Shown: in pieces, positions 26,125 through 38,523 of the stretch
How positions within the stretch are numbered: position 1 is the stretch's first letter
Layout of the letters: each line of letters opens with the position of its first letter
NCBI RefSeq assembly: GCF_006345805.1
Contig: NC_043022.1
Coordinates: 19,220,001 to 19,284,000 of the forward strand
Source: Octopus sinensis
Lineage: Eukaryota
Direction: 5' to 3'
DNA: 64,000 nt
Position numbers and translations under genes: made by a program
Notes under the pieces: model-generated
What the model saw: only the letters and a program-made list of their open reading frames with translations
The model's database searches: none
Told to the model about the DNA's origin: nothing

Positions 26125-26345
26125 CCCTTTCGCATTCAGATTAATCTGTTAAGTGTAATACTTTTTTCACTCAAATCATTTAAAATTAATCATACATTAT
26201 CTTACAGCTTTGAAGTTTCAATGGCGTGATAGTTTATTCATAGAATGTCAATGTAGGTTAGGTGTGAGAGGCTAGATATGGCCAGTTTGAATGTAAAACA
26301 TTTAGAATATTTGGGTCGGATATGGCCGGCTTAAACACCAAAGGG
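26125..26345. mobile_element. piggyBac-like MITE
   Basis: TTAA-CCCTTT...AAAGGG-TTAA. The same family occurs in the opposite orientation at 46955-47173 and partially at ~55960-56152. Confidence 0.7.
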
Positions 26346-26782
26346 TTAAGGTTAGTCAAAGGTTAGGCTTAGATCCAATGGAAAGCATTCAACTGACAGC
26401 ATTTGCACAAGCAAGCTGTTTTCCAGTTTCTAGTCCTTTAAAATGCTGGGACTGGCATAAATCTGCGAGCTTCGTCCCTTCTTAGTTCTTAAGACTAATA
26501 TTCAAAATATATATCGCAGTTCACCTATCGCAGTTTATTATCTAAGCTTACATCAATTCCTCTGTGGTGTTGTCTTGCGTTTATAATAAAATAAATATAT
26601 ATATTTCGTTTTTGGATTTGGTTTGCAAGATTCTTTATGTGAGTTCGTGTGTTGAAGCATGTTTTTGTTGTGTCTGGGGAGAGTCATTCTCTTTTAGTGC
26701 CTTATTAATAAATATGAAATATTCTAGAAGCGCATTTATGATATAAACCTTAGAATTCATGTGATGAAAAGTGTGTGTGTAT

Positions 26783-26869
<87 letters not shown>

Positions 26870-27164
26870 GAGACGCAATGGCCCAGTGGTTAGGGCAGCG
26901 GACTCGCGGTCGGAGGATCGCGGTTTCGATTCCCAGACCAGGCGTTGTGTGTGTTTATTGAGCGAAAACACCTAAAAAGCTCCACGAGGCTCCAGCAGGG
27001 GGTGGTGATCCCTGCTGTACTTTTTCACCACTCTTTCTCCCACTTTCTCCTGTTGGCCTGCTCGCTTAGCCAGCAGGGTGGCGTCGTACGAAGGCTAAAA
27101 CAATGCGAACGCATTGTGACCAGCGATGTGTAGCAACATCTGATGGTCTGGTCAGTCACGTGAT

Positions 27165-27194
<30 letters not shown>

Positions 27195-27204
<10 letters not shown>

Positions 27205-27352
27205 TTAGAGACAAAACCACTATTTTGCAAAACAAACAAGGAAAGACTTAATCAATACATAAAATTTTAATAAAAAGTAAAAAAACCGCCATTGATTAAG
27301 TCTTTCCTTGTTTGTTTTGCAAAATAGTGGTTTTGTCTCTAATTAATATTAT
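27195..27352. repeat. Perfect 62-bp inverted repeat with a 34-nt spacer
   Basis: 27195-27256 is the exact reverse complement of 27291-27352. Confidence 0.95.
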
Positions 27353-27454
27353 ATAATATTTTACTATAACATTGGATTTAATCCTAAATCTGATTTTTTC
27401 CCTGTAAATTTGGATTTATTCCCTAATATTTATTATATATATATATATATATAT

Positions 27455-27580
27455 AGGGAGAGTTTACGAAAAAACAAAAGACAGGTGGTGTACAAAACAA
27501 ACAGATGTATTAGTATAATGCTCAGGAATAGAAAAAAGTCTTTTACGTTTTGAGCCTATGCTCTTCTACAGAAAGGGACG
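27455..27580 (-). mobile_element. Penelope-like fragment P2 next to the last SH2 acceptor
   Basis: Same sequence as 25275-25400. Reverse complement CTTT-CTGTAGA-A-GAGC-ATAG-GCTC-AAAAC-GTA-AAAG. Confidence 0.6.
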
Positions 27581-27614
27581 CACTCACCTTTTTTTTTTTT
27601 TTTTTTTCTTGCAG

Positions 27615-27818
27615 GGACTTGATAAGGAATGGCCAAACCTGGCATCGCTGGTTACTCACCATACAGTCATGCGGGAGATGTTGCCCTGCACACTGAAGCT
27701 GCCTAGAAACTCTCAGAATCCTACTTTCAAAGATACCGACAAAGACGACAAGGACGAAGATCCTGACTATCAGCGGTTATCAGACTTTTCAACCATGATG
27801 GCTGACCTCAAAATGTAG
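27615..27818 (+). CDS. SH2 adaptor gene, last coding exon
   Basis: CTCAC branch-like motif, long poly-T and cttgcAG acceptor; phase 0. Reads GLDKEWPNLASLVTHHTVMREMLPCTLKLP...EDPDYQRLSDFSTMMADLKM*. Contains SH2 alphaB (LASLVTHH) and LPCTLKLP as in tensin-type SH2 domains; TAG at 27816-27818. Confidence 0.93.
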   Translation, partial: GLDKEWPNLASLVTHHTVMREMLPCTLKLPRNSQNPTFKDTDKDDKDEDPDYQRLSDFSTMMADLKM

Positions 27819-28559
27819 CCATCCATGGATACAATGTTATATTTCAAACACACAAGCACACACACAACCTCCCCCCCTCCTCATTTTCATTATAATTATT
27901 ATTGATTATTATAAAAAAAAAAAAAAATCAAAAAAACACTGGTGGATTGGCAGAATCGGAAGAGCACTGAACGGACAAAATGCCTTGTGGTATTTAGTTA
28001 CGGTCCTCTTTACGATCCATTTTTAATTTTTTTTTTGTTTTTTTTTTTTTCTTTCTTTTGTCTCTGTTCTAAGTTCAAATCCCGCTGAGATCAACTTTGC
28101 CTTTTATTCTTCAGAGGAGCATGGGGATAGGGTTCAATACAAGTACAAGGGGACAGCAGGGTTGAGGTTTACTCTGACTGGTGCATTTCGACTTTCTCAT
28201 TACCTGCCCTCACAAAAATCTGTGGCCTCGTGCCTATGTAAAAAAAAAAAAAAAAATCACCATTAATATTATTATTGTTATTTTTATTATTATTATTATA
28301 TTATTATTATTATTATTATTAAAGGCGGGGCAAGCTAGCAGGGTCATTCACATGCTGGATGAAATGCTTGGCGGCATCTCGTCCATCTTTTACATTCTGT
28401 GTTCAAATCCCGCCGAGGTCGACTTTGCCTTTCATCCTTTCGGGGGTCGATAAAATAAGTACCAGTCGAACACTGGGGTTGATGTAATCGACTTAATAAC
28501 CCCTTCCCCCAAAACTACTGCCCTTGTGGCAAAATTTGAAACCATTATTATTATTATTA

Positions 28560-29140
28560 TTATTATTATTAAAGGCGTCGAGCTAGCAGAGTCATTAGTA
28601 TGCTGGATGAAATGAGTTCAAATTCTGCCATGGTCGACTTTGCCTTTCATCCTTTTGGGATGAAATAAGTACCAGTTGTGTACTGGGATCAATGTAATCG
28701 ACTAGCCCCCTCCCCTCAAATTTCTGGCCTTGTGCCTATAGTAGAAAGGATTATCATTATTTTTGTTACAAAGGACCATCTATTGGCAGAACCTCTTAGG
28801 AACATGGGGCAAAATGTGCTGTGCTGTATGGTTACCCCCACTTTTAGTCTATTGTTTCGAATCCCCCCACCAAGGGGACAGCAACTGCTTTTATTTTTCA
28901 TCTTACTGAGGGGAGATCGACAACAAAAAAAAAAATGAAAAACACAAAGTACCAGTCACGCACTGGTACAAACACAGTTGGAGTGTGGGGCATCGTAGGG
29001 TTGGGGATTGGGGGTGGTCGATTTAATCGACTGTGTCCCACCCCCACACTCCCATCCCCCACCATACCCCCCCCCCCGCTTTGTGACACCCCCAGGAAAG
29101 CCACACATGGCCTTATGTCATTTGTGTCAGTGATGGAAAT

Positions 29141-29174
<34 letters not shown>

Positions 29175-30454
29175 TATCATTACTATTATTATTAGTATTA
29201 TTATTATTATTATATTATTATTATTATCATATTTCGTTTGTCGCTACGTTTTGAGTTCAAATTCTGCTGAGGTCAGCTTTGCTTTCCATCCTTTCGGGGT
29301 TGATGATATAAGTACCAGTTACACACTGGGGTTGATGTAATCGACTATTGCCCTCTACTCCCCCAAAATGCTCAAGGCCTTGTCCCTAAAGTAGAATAAT
29401 GATAATAATAATTATTATAATAATTATTATTATTATCATCATAGGCGCAGGAGTGGCTGTGTGGTAAGTAGCTTGCTTACCAACCACATGGTTCCGGGTT
29501 CAGTCCCACTGCATGGCACCTTGGGCAAGTGTCTTCTACTATAGCCCCGGGCCGACCAAAGCTTTGTGAGTGGATTTGGTAGACGGAAACTGAAAAGAAG
29601 CCTGTCGCATATATGTATATATATATATATATGCGTGTGTGTGTTTGTGTGTCTGTGTTTGTCCCCCTAGCATTGCTTGACAACCGATGCTGGTGTGTTT
29701 ATGTCCCCGTTACTTAGCGGTTCGGCAAAAGAGACCGATAGAATAAGTACTGGGCTTACAAAAGAATAAGTCCCGGGGTCGAGTTGCTCGATTAAAAAGG
29801 CGGTGCTCCTACATGGCCGCAGTGAAATGACTGAAACGAGTAAAAGAGTAAAAGAGTATCATTATTATATTATTATTATTATTAAAGGCGTCGAGCTAGC
29901 AGAGTCATTAGTATGCTGGATGAAATGAGTTCAAATTCTGCCATGGTCGACTTTGCCTTTCATCCTTTTGGGATGAAATAAGTACCAGTTGTGTACTGGG
30001 ATCAATGTAATCGACTAGCCCCCTCCCCTCAAATTTCTGGCCTTGTGCCTATAGTAGAAAGGATTATCATTATTTTTGTTACAAAGGACCATCTATTGGC
30101 AGAACCTCTTAGGAACATGGGGCAAAATGTGCTGTGCTGTATGGTTACCCCCACTTTTAGTCTATTGTTTCGAATCCCCCCACCAAGGGGACAGCAACTG
30201 CTTTTATTTTTCATCTTACTGAGGGGAGATCGACAACAAAAAAAAAAAATGAAAAACACAAAGTACCAGTCACGCACTGGTACAAACACAGTTGGAGTGT
30301 GGGGCATCGTAGGGTTGGGGATTGGGGGTGGTCGATTTAATCGACTGTGTCCCACCCCCACACTCCCATCCCCCACCATACCCCCCCCCCCGCTTTGTGA
30401 CACCCCCAGGAAAGCCACACATGGCCTTATGTCATTTGTGTCAGTGATGGAAAT

Positions 30455-30488
<34 letters not shown>

Positions 30489-31150
30489 TTATCATTACTA
30501 TTATTATTAGTATTATTATTATTATTATCATATTTCGTTTGTCGCTACGTTTTGAGTTCAAATTCTGCTGAGGTCAGCTTTGCTTTCCATCCTTTCGGGG
30601 TTGATGATATAAGTACCAGTTACACACTGGGGTTGATGTAATCGACTATTGCCCTCTACTCCCCCAAAATGCTCAAGGCCTTGTCCCTAAAGTAGAATAA
30701 TGATAATAATAATTATTATTATTATCATCATAGGCGCAGGAGTGGCTGTGTGGTAAGTAGCTTGTTTACCAACCACATGGTTCCAGGTTCAGTCCCACTG
30801 TGTGGCACCTTGGGCAAGTGTCTTCTACTATAGCCTCGGGCCGACCAAAGCCTTGTGAGTGGATTTGGTAGACGGAAACTGAAAGAAGCCCGTCATATAT
30901 ATGTATATATATATATATATATGCATGTGTGTGTTTGTGTGTCTGTGTTTGTCCCCCTAGCATTGCTTGACAACCGATGCTGGTGTGTTTATGTCCCCGT
31001 TACTTAGCGGTTCGGCAAAAGAGACCGATAGAATAAGTACTGGGCTTACAAAAGAATAAGTCCCGGGGTCGAGTTGCTCGATTAAAAAGGCGGTGCTCCT
31101 ACATGGCCGCAGTCAAATGACTGAAACAAGTAAAAGAGTATCATTATTAT
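28560..31150 (+). repeat. Tandem duplication, unit ~1313 bp (about 28560-29872 and 29873-31150)
   Basis: Identical ORF-track peptides at 28678 and 29991 (offset 1313). Unique flanks are essentially identical apart from homopolymer and microsatellite length. Confidence 0.92.
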
Positions 31151-31421
31151 TATTATTATTATTATTAAGATGTTGAGCTGGCAGAATTGTTAATGTACCG
31201 GAAAAAATGCTAAGCGTCATTTCCTCTGTCTTTACATTCTGAGTTCAAGTTCTGCTGGTGTCAGTTTTGCCTTTCACCCTTTTGGGGGTAGATTAAATTA
31301 AGTACCAGTCAAGTACTGCGGGGGTCAATGTAATCGACTGTCCCCACTTCTCCGAAATTACTGCCCCTCTGGCAAAATTTTTAAACCACTATTATTAGGC
31401 CCCTGTGCCTATAGCAGAAAG

Positions 31422-31531
31422 GACTACTACTACTACTGCTACTACTACTACTACTACTAGTACTACTGCTACTACTACTACTACTACTGCTGCTGCTGCT
31501 ACTACTACTACTACTACTAGTACTACTACTC

Positions 31532-31584
<53 letters not shown>

Positions 31585-31655
31585 GCTGCTGCTACTACTA
31601 CTACTACTACTACTACTAGTACTACTACTCCTACTACTACTACTACTACTATTAC
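31422..31655. repeat. (CTA)n/(CTG)n tract
   Basis: Direct reading. Confidence 0.95.
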
Positions 31656-34587
31656 TGCTAAAGGTGGCAAGCTGGCAAGATCTTTAGTACACTCGATAAA
31701 AGCTTAGGGGTAGTGCCGTCTTGCTTTTTGTTCCAAGTTCAAATTTTTGCCAATTGTTGACTTCTGCTTTCATCCTTTCTGGGGTGGGGGTGGGGTGGGG
31801 GGTCTGAGTCGATAAAATAAAGTACCAAGCAAGTACTGGGGGTGGGAGGTGGGGGGAATTGAAGTAATCGACCAGCTCCCTATCTCCATCCCCTCCCCCA
31901 TTACCCCCGCCCCACACACACACGCACGCAAAAAAAAAAAAATTTCAGGCTTCGTGCCTATAAGAGGAAAAAATTATTATTATGATTAGAATAATAATAA
32001 TAATAATAATTATCATTATTATTATTATTTCACAACCACATAAATGTCAACTTCTTGTTTACTTTCCCTACACCGCCATCACCACACCCTTCACTTGTCT
32101 ATCCCCTATTCCCTTTCTTTCTCTCTCTTCAGCTGGCAGAATTGTTAGAACGCTGGGCGAGATGCTTACTGATATTTTGTCTGCCTATACATTCTGTGTT
32201 CAATTCCCACCAAGGTCGACTTTGCCTTTCATCCTTTCGGGGTCAATAAATTAAGTACCAGCAGAACACTGGGGTTGATATAATCGACAGGCGCCCTCCC
32301 GCCAAATTTCAGGCCTTATGCCTATAACGGAAAGGATTATTATTATTATTATTATTAACATTAAGGTGATAAGTTGGCAGAATTGTTTGCGTGCCAGGCA
32401 AAAACGCTTAGCAGCACTTCATCTGTCGCTATGTTCTGAGTTCAAATCCCACCATGGTCAACTTTGCCTTCTATCTCTTCAGGATTGATAAAATAAAGTA
32501 CCAGTCATGTGCTGGAGTCAAACTAATCCACTTGCCCCTCCCCTGAAAACTGCTGGTCTTGTGCCAAATTTTGAAACCATTATTGTTACTAGTATATCAT
32601 CACCATCATCATCATCATCATCATCGTCATCATCATCATTATCAGAGTGGTAGTTTGGCAGAATCACCAGAGCATTGTGGGAAAACGCTTTGCTGTGTAT
32701 TTTCTTGTAGTTCTCTGTGTTCTGAGTTCAAATCACGCCAAGGCCAACTTTGCCTTTCATTCTTCTGGGAGTTGATAAAATAAAACACTAGGGTTTGGTA
32801 AAATAGTACCAGTCAAGTATTGGGGTCGAAGGTACCGACTAACCCACCAGCCCACTCCTCTCCCCCTCCCCTCAAAATTGCTGGCCTTGTGCCCGAAGTA
32901 GAAACAGTTGTTATGGTCAGGGCAGTTGCCGAGGAGATTCATTAGAATACTAAACAGAATGAAATGCCTTGCATTATTTCTTCTGGCTGTTTGTGTCACG
33001 AGTTCAAATCGCATTGTAGTCATCTTAGTTTTTCATCCTTTTGGGGGGTCAATCATTAAAGTACCAGTCGAAGTACTGGGATGGATGGAGGGTATCTGGT
33101 ATCGACTAAACTCCTATCCTTAAAACTGCTGGCCTTGTGCATAAATCAGAATCTATTATTATTATTATTATCAAAGGCAGCGAGCTGGCAGAAACGTGAG
33201 CACACTGGGCGAAATACTTACATTGCGTTCTGAGTTCAAATTCCGCTGAGGTCGACTTTGCCTTTCATCCTTTCAAGGTCGATAAATTAAGTACCAGTTC
33301 CGCACTGGGGTCAATGTAATCGACTTAATACCTATGTCTGTCCTTGTTTGTCCCCTCTATGTTTAACCCCTTGTGGGTAATAAAGAAATAGGTATTTCGT
33401 CTGCCGTTATGTTCTGAGTTCAAATTCCGCCGAGGTCGACTTCGCCTTTCATCCTTTCAAGGTCGATAGATTAAGTACCAGTTATGCACTGGGGTCGATG
33501 TAATCGACTTAATGTCATTCTTTGTCCCCTCTATGTTTAGCCCCTTGTGGGCAATAAAGAAATAAGAATCATTAGCACACCAGATGAAATACCTCATGGT
33601 ATATTGTCTGCATTCACATACTTCTGGGGTCGATAAATTAAGTACCAGTTATGTACTAGGGGTCGATGTAATCGACTTAATCCCTTCCCCCCAAATTTGA
33701 GGCCTTGTGCTTCCAGTAGAAAGGATCATTATTATTATTATTATTGCTTTGGCGGCAAGCTGGTAGAATGAGCACACCAGACAAAATACTTTGCCACACG
33801 TCACCTGTGTTTATATGTTCAGGGTTCAAATTCTGCCGAGGTCGACTTTGAATTTCAACCTTTCGTGGTCAGTGAAATAAGTCCCCCACCCCACCACCAC
33901 CCAAAACTGCTGGCTTAGTGCTAGAATTTGAAACTATTATTATTATTATCATTAATGTAGCAAGCTCAATAGGCGCAGGAGTGGCTGTGTGGTAAGTAGC
34001 TTGTTTACCAATCACATGGTTCCGGGTTCAGTCCCACTGCATGGCACCTTGGGCAAGTGTCTTCTACTATGGCCTCAGGCCGACCAAAGCCTTGTGAGTG
34101 GATTTGGTAGACGGAAACTGAAAAGAAGCCCGTCGTATATATGTATATTTATATATATGCGTGTGTGTGTTTGTGCGTCTGTGTTTGTTCCCCTAGCATT
34201 GCTTGACAACCGATACTGGTGTGTTTATGTCCCCGTTACTTAGCGGTTCGGCAAAAGAGACCGATAGCATAAGTACTGGGCTTACAAAAGAATAAGTCCC
34301 GGGGTCGAGTTGCTCGATTAAAGGCGGTGCTCCAGCATGGCCGTGATCAAATGACTGAAACAAGTAAAAAGAGAGTAAGCTGGCGCAATCGTTAGTCTCT
34401 GGACAAAATGTTTAGCGGTACTTTGGCCATCGCTACGTTTTGAGTTCAGATTCCACCAAGGTTGACATTGCCTTTCATCCTTTTGGGGGGGGGGTCAATA
34501 AATTAAGTACCAGTTACGTACTGGGGGTCGATGTAACCGACTGTCCCTCTCCTTCAAAACTGCTACCCTTGTAGCAAAATTTGAAAC

Positions 34588-34626
<39 letters not shown>

Positions 34627-36266
34627 CATTATTATTATTATTGTCAGGGCAGTGGTTTGGCTGGATCGTTAGAGTATCAGAACAAGGATGCGTTTCAGTG
34701 TTCGTTTTGTTTACCTATTGCTCTGCGTCCGAATCCAGCCGAGGTCAGCTTTGCCTCATATCCCCTTATAAGGTCAATAAAATTTATAAAACACACGGGA
34801 TACATACTGGGACAGTGTGGCTATGATGGATTTAATTGATTAACTAGCGCCTCCTTTCAGAATTCCTGGCCCTTCAATCTACGTTAGAAACATTATTATC
34901 ATTGTTGTTGTTGTTGCTGTTGTTATTGTTGTTGTTGTTGTTGTTGTTGTTACACCTACACCCCCGCCCCAAGTCAACTCTGGTCAATCAGACGAGCAGA
35001 CAAAAGCAAAATCTTGGATCAAAGACGTTCCAACCGTGACCATCCCATCGGTTTTCATTTAAAAAAAGAAAAAAATTCTGTTGTCTATCATGGACCACAT
35101 TGTTCTGTTTTACTGATGTGTCCTTCTTTATTTTAAAGCTGTAGCATGTGATGTGGCTAGTGTTTCTAGCTGGATAAGCTTAACCTTGTAGGGTTACTTT
35201 AATTTTTTTTGTTTTTCTTTGTTTTTATCTTGCAGAGGGGGTTACTTGAGGGAGATGTGGGATGAGACAAGGAGATTGTGATTGTGATGGTGGTGGGTCT
35301 TTAGTCAGTGTGTGTGTGTGTGTGTGTGTTGATTCTTTCCCTGGTTGTAAACAAAAACATTTCTTTGCTGCTAATGTCTTTGAGAAATGTATGAAGACCA
35401 CCACATCATCTTACCACTGTCACCACCACCACCTCAATAGTAATAGATTACACCTAACATCAAAATAACGTTGTTGTTGCTGCTGTTGTTGTTGTTGTTG
35501 TTGTTAAGGAAGTGATGTGGCATATTTGATTGGTCAGTTCGATGTCACTTAGTTACGACTCTTTACATCATAGGTTCAAACCCTGGCAAGCCTGAATTTG
35601 ACTTACTTCCTACTGGCGGGTCCCATCAAAAAAAATTTAAGAACCAGTCAAACATATTTTGGTTTACTAACTTTCTCCCCACCACATACACTTACATATA
35701 TGGCGCAGGAGTGGCTGTGTGGTAAGTAGCTTGCTAACCAACCACATGGTTCCGGGTTCAGTCCCACTGTGTGGCACCTTGGGCAAGTGTCTTCTGCTAT
35801 AGCCCCGGGCCGACCAATGCCTTGTGAGTGGATTTGGTAGACGGAAACTGAAAGAAGCCTGTCGCATATCTGTATATATTTATGTTTGTGTTTGTGTGTC
35901 TGTGTTTGTCCCCACTAGCATTGCTTGACAACCGATGCTGGTGTGTTTACGTCCCCGTCACTTAGCGGTTCGGCAAAAAGAATAAGTCCCGGGGTCGATT
36001 TGCTCGACTAAAGGCGGTGCTCCAGCATGGCCGCAATCAAATGACTGAAACAAGTACAAAAAAGAAAAACAAAATATGTTGCTGTCAGCCTATGTAAGAA
36101 ACCACCACCACCATTATTATTATTATTATTATTATTTTACTTCATAGAGCTCTTAGTTTTACTTAATCTGGTTGATTCTGTGAGAGCAGACTGGAACTTG
36201 TTGTCAGAGGTCTCACAAAGTCTTTTTCTGCAAATTATAAGGTTTTTATAAGCATTTTTGATTAGC

Positions 36267-36310
<44 letters not shown>

Positions 36311-36670
36311 GAGTGAGAGAACAGTTCATGCCATCAAAGTGACACTGGTGGGGTACAAATATACGAAGCCCAATATACCCATCATGACTACCCGTCTGAT
36401 AAGGGTACACCAGGCACATGCATCACAACCATATGTGCGCGACATGGTGATCTCATATCAAGATAAACAGCACATGACCTTGCAGGTGGGGCCCAGTTAG
36501 AATTTTCTTCAGGTTGAGTAGCCCAGAATAAGGGTTGTTTAAGGATGTTGAATGAAACACCTATGTTTCCGCTCAAAAGGTCCCTGAATAAGGGTTGTTT
36601 AAGGATGTTGAAAGAACCACCCATGTTTCCAGAGGTGAATTATTCAAACCCCAAAGAATCCCTCTCAACA
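36311..36670. mobile_element. Unclassified ~360-bp insert between (ATT)n tracts
   Basis: Balanced-GC block with sharp (ATT)n borders. GAATAAGGGTTGTTTAAGGATGTTGAA..CACC.ATGTTTCC occurs twice. Confidence 0.45.
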
Positions 36671-36684
36671 CATTATTATTATTA

Positions 36685-36729
<45 letters not shown>

Positions 36730-38523
36730 CATCATAAATGCAGTGAGCTGACTGAGTTGTTAGCACATTGGACGAAATGCTTAGCTGTATTTCACCCGTC
36801 ACTACATTCTGAGTTCAAATTCCACTGAGGTCTACTTTGCTTTATATCCTTTCAGGGTTGATAAAACAAGTACCAGTTGAACACTGGGATCAATGTAATT
36901 GACTCATCCCTACCTCCTCCCCCCAAGCCGCACTTGTGGCAAAAATTAGAAGTAATAATAATAATAATAATAATAATTATTATTATTATTATTAAGGTAG
37001 TGAGCTGGCAGAATCATTAGGACACTGGACAAAATGCTTAGCGGTATTTCGTCCATCTCCGTTCTGAGTTCAAATTCTGCCAAGGTCCACTTTGCCTTTC
37101 GTTCTTTTGGGCTCGATAAAACAAGTACCAGTTGAACACTGAGGTCGCTGAGGTAATCGACTCATCCCCCTTGTAGCAAAAATCACTCTTCACTACATTC
37201 TGAGTTCAAATTCCACTGAGGTTGATTCAGCCTTTCAGCCTTTCAGGGTCAATGAAACAAAGTACCAGTGAAGTACTGGGGTCGATGTAATCAACTTACC
37301 CCCTTTCCTCCAAAATTTCAGGCCTTATGCCTATAGTAGAAAAGGATTATTATTATTTATGGAAGGAGACATACATCATAATTTACCCAACTTGGAACTA
37401 GAATTACATACAGTTCTTCTTGGTGAGCCAAAATGTTTAAGGTTTACAAAGATGTACATGTTGTCCAGCAGAAAAATATTTTTAAAAAAAAAGCATGCCT
37501 AGAGGTGTTTGGTGGGGCAGGGGTGATTAAGGGGATTGTTCCAGCTTCTTCACATACGTTTAAGGTTAACAAAAACATATTCAGTTAGAATTCTCTTTCA
37601 CCTCCTGTATCACTCCACCCACCCCTCACTTTCAACACAGTCTCACTGGATCCCTCTCTCCTTCTCACTCTCTCTCTCTCTCTCTTCGTCTCCAGGCCCT
37701 TCTTCTCTTTCACTCCCTCTACCACTTGACCTCTGACCCTCCACCCCAAAATCTAGTCATTAAACAACATATTTTGTTTGTTTTTAAATTTTGTTCTTGT
37801 TTTTCTTTTTTTTGTTTTGTATTTGTTTGCTTTCTTATTTTTTGATATTTTTTAGCTGTGTGGTTTTTTTTCATTCCTTACTCATCAAGGGAGAGAATGC
37901 ACACATGTGTTGGCATACATATTACATATATGCATACATTTGCATATACATATATACATACATATATTTATAAATTCAAACATATAAGGGATGGCCATAA
38001 TAGGACATCCGACTCACTAGAAAGAGCAGCTAAACTCCAAACCACTAATAGTTGTAATTCTGAAATGGAAAGAGAAATAAAAACGTTTACCCCTTTCATC
38101 TCTGGACTATGCATAGTTTCGGCAATCTTTTGTAAATAAAATTAATTTATTTACCACTGGCGTTGCCTCGTCTGCAGAAAAGCCAAGGACTACCATATAT
38201 TCATGAGGCGGTAACAAGTATGCCTCGAGTCTATATGCTATAAATTTTCAAAATCCACCGCATTCGCGCGGTTTTCTCAGCAGTAAATATAAACTGCCGA
38301 TTTAATTTCAAAATTAGCCAAAAAATCATTAATTAATAAATTTTAGGGTATACATATATTTATGCATATAGTATAAATATATATGTAAATTCTTTTGTAT
38401 GGCCAACAAGTAGTGGGACACTGCAGTAAAAGAAGACCCTTCCTTTGGTATAAGAGTAAGTTGAAGCAATCACTAAAGACTCTACAGCTTAATTTGACAT
38501 CTTGGGAAAGTTATTGTCTAGAT

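Larger units (their letters stand above)
27945..37345 (+). repeat. Dense head-to-tail cluster of about 20 SINE-B copies and fragments separated by (ATT)n/(ATC)n. Further isolated SINE-B at ~19438-19660, 21917-22120, 24240-24475(-), 39748-39975, 47260-47480 and 54425-54990(-)
   Basis: Repeated GAGTTCAAATTC and CCTTTCATCCTTT..GTCGATAAA..AAGTACCAG motifs, all on the plus strand within this interval. Confidence 0.85.

Noticed and set aside
26867-26945. tRNA gene
   Set aside because: A and B boxes are present, but the acceptor and anticodon stems do not pair and the sequence continues into a SINE body found in several copies.
29991-30641. 216-aa ORF
   Set aside because: Runs through degenerate SINE-B copies and (ATC)n/(ATT)n; the duplicate copy is frameshifted in a poly-A run.
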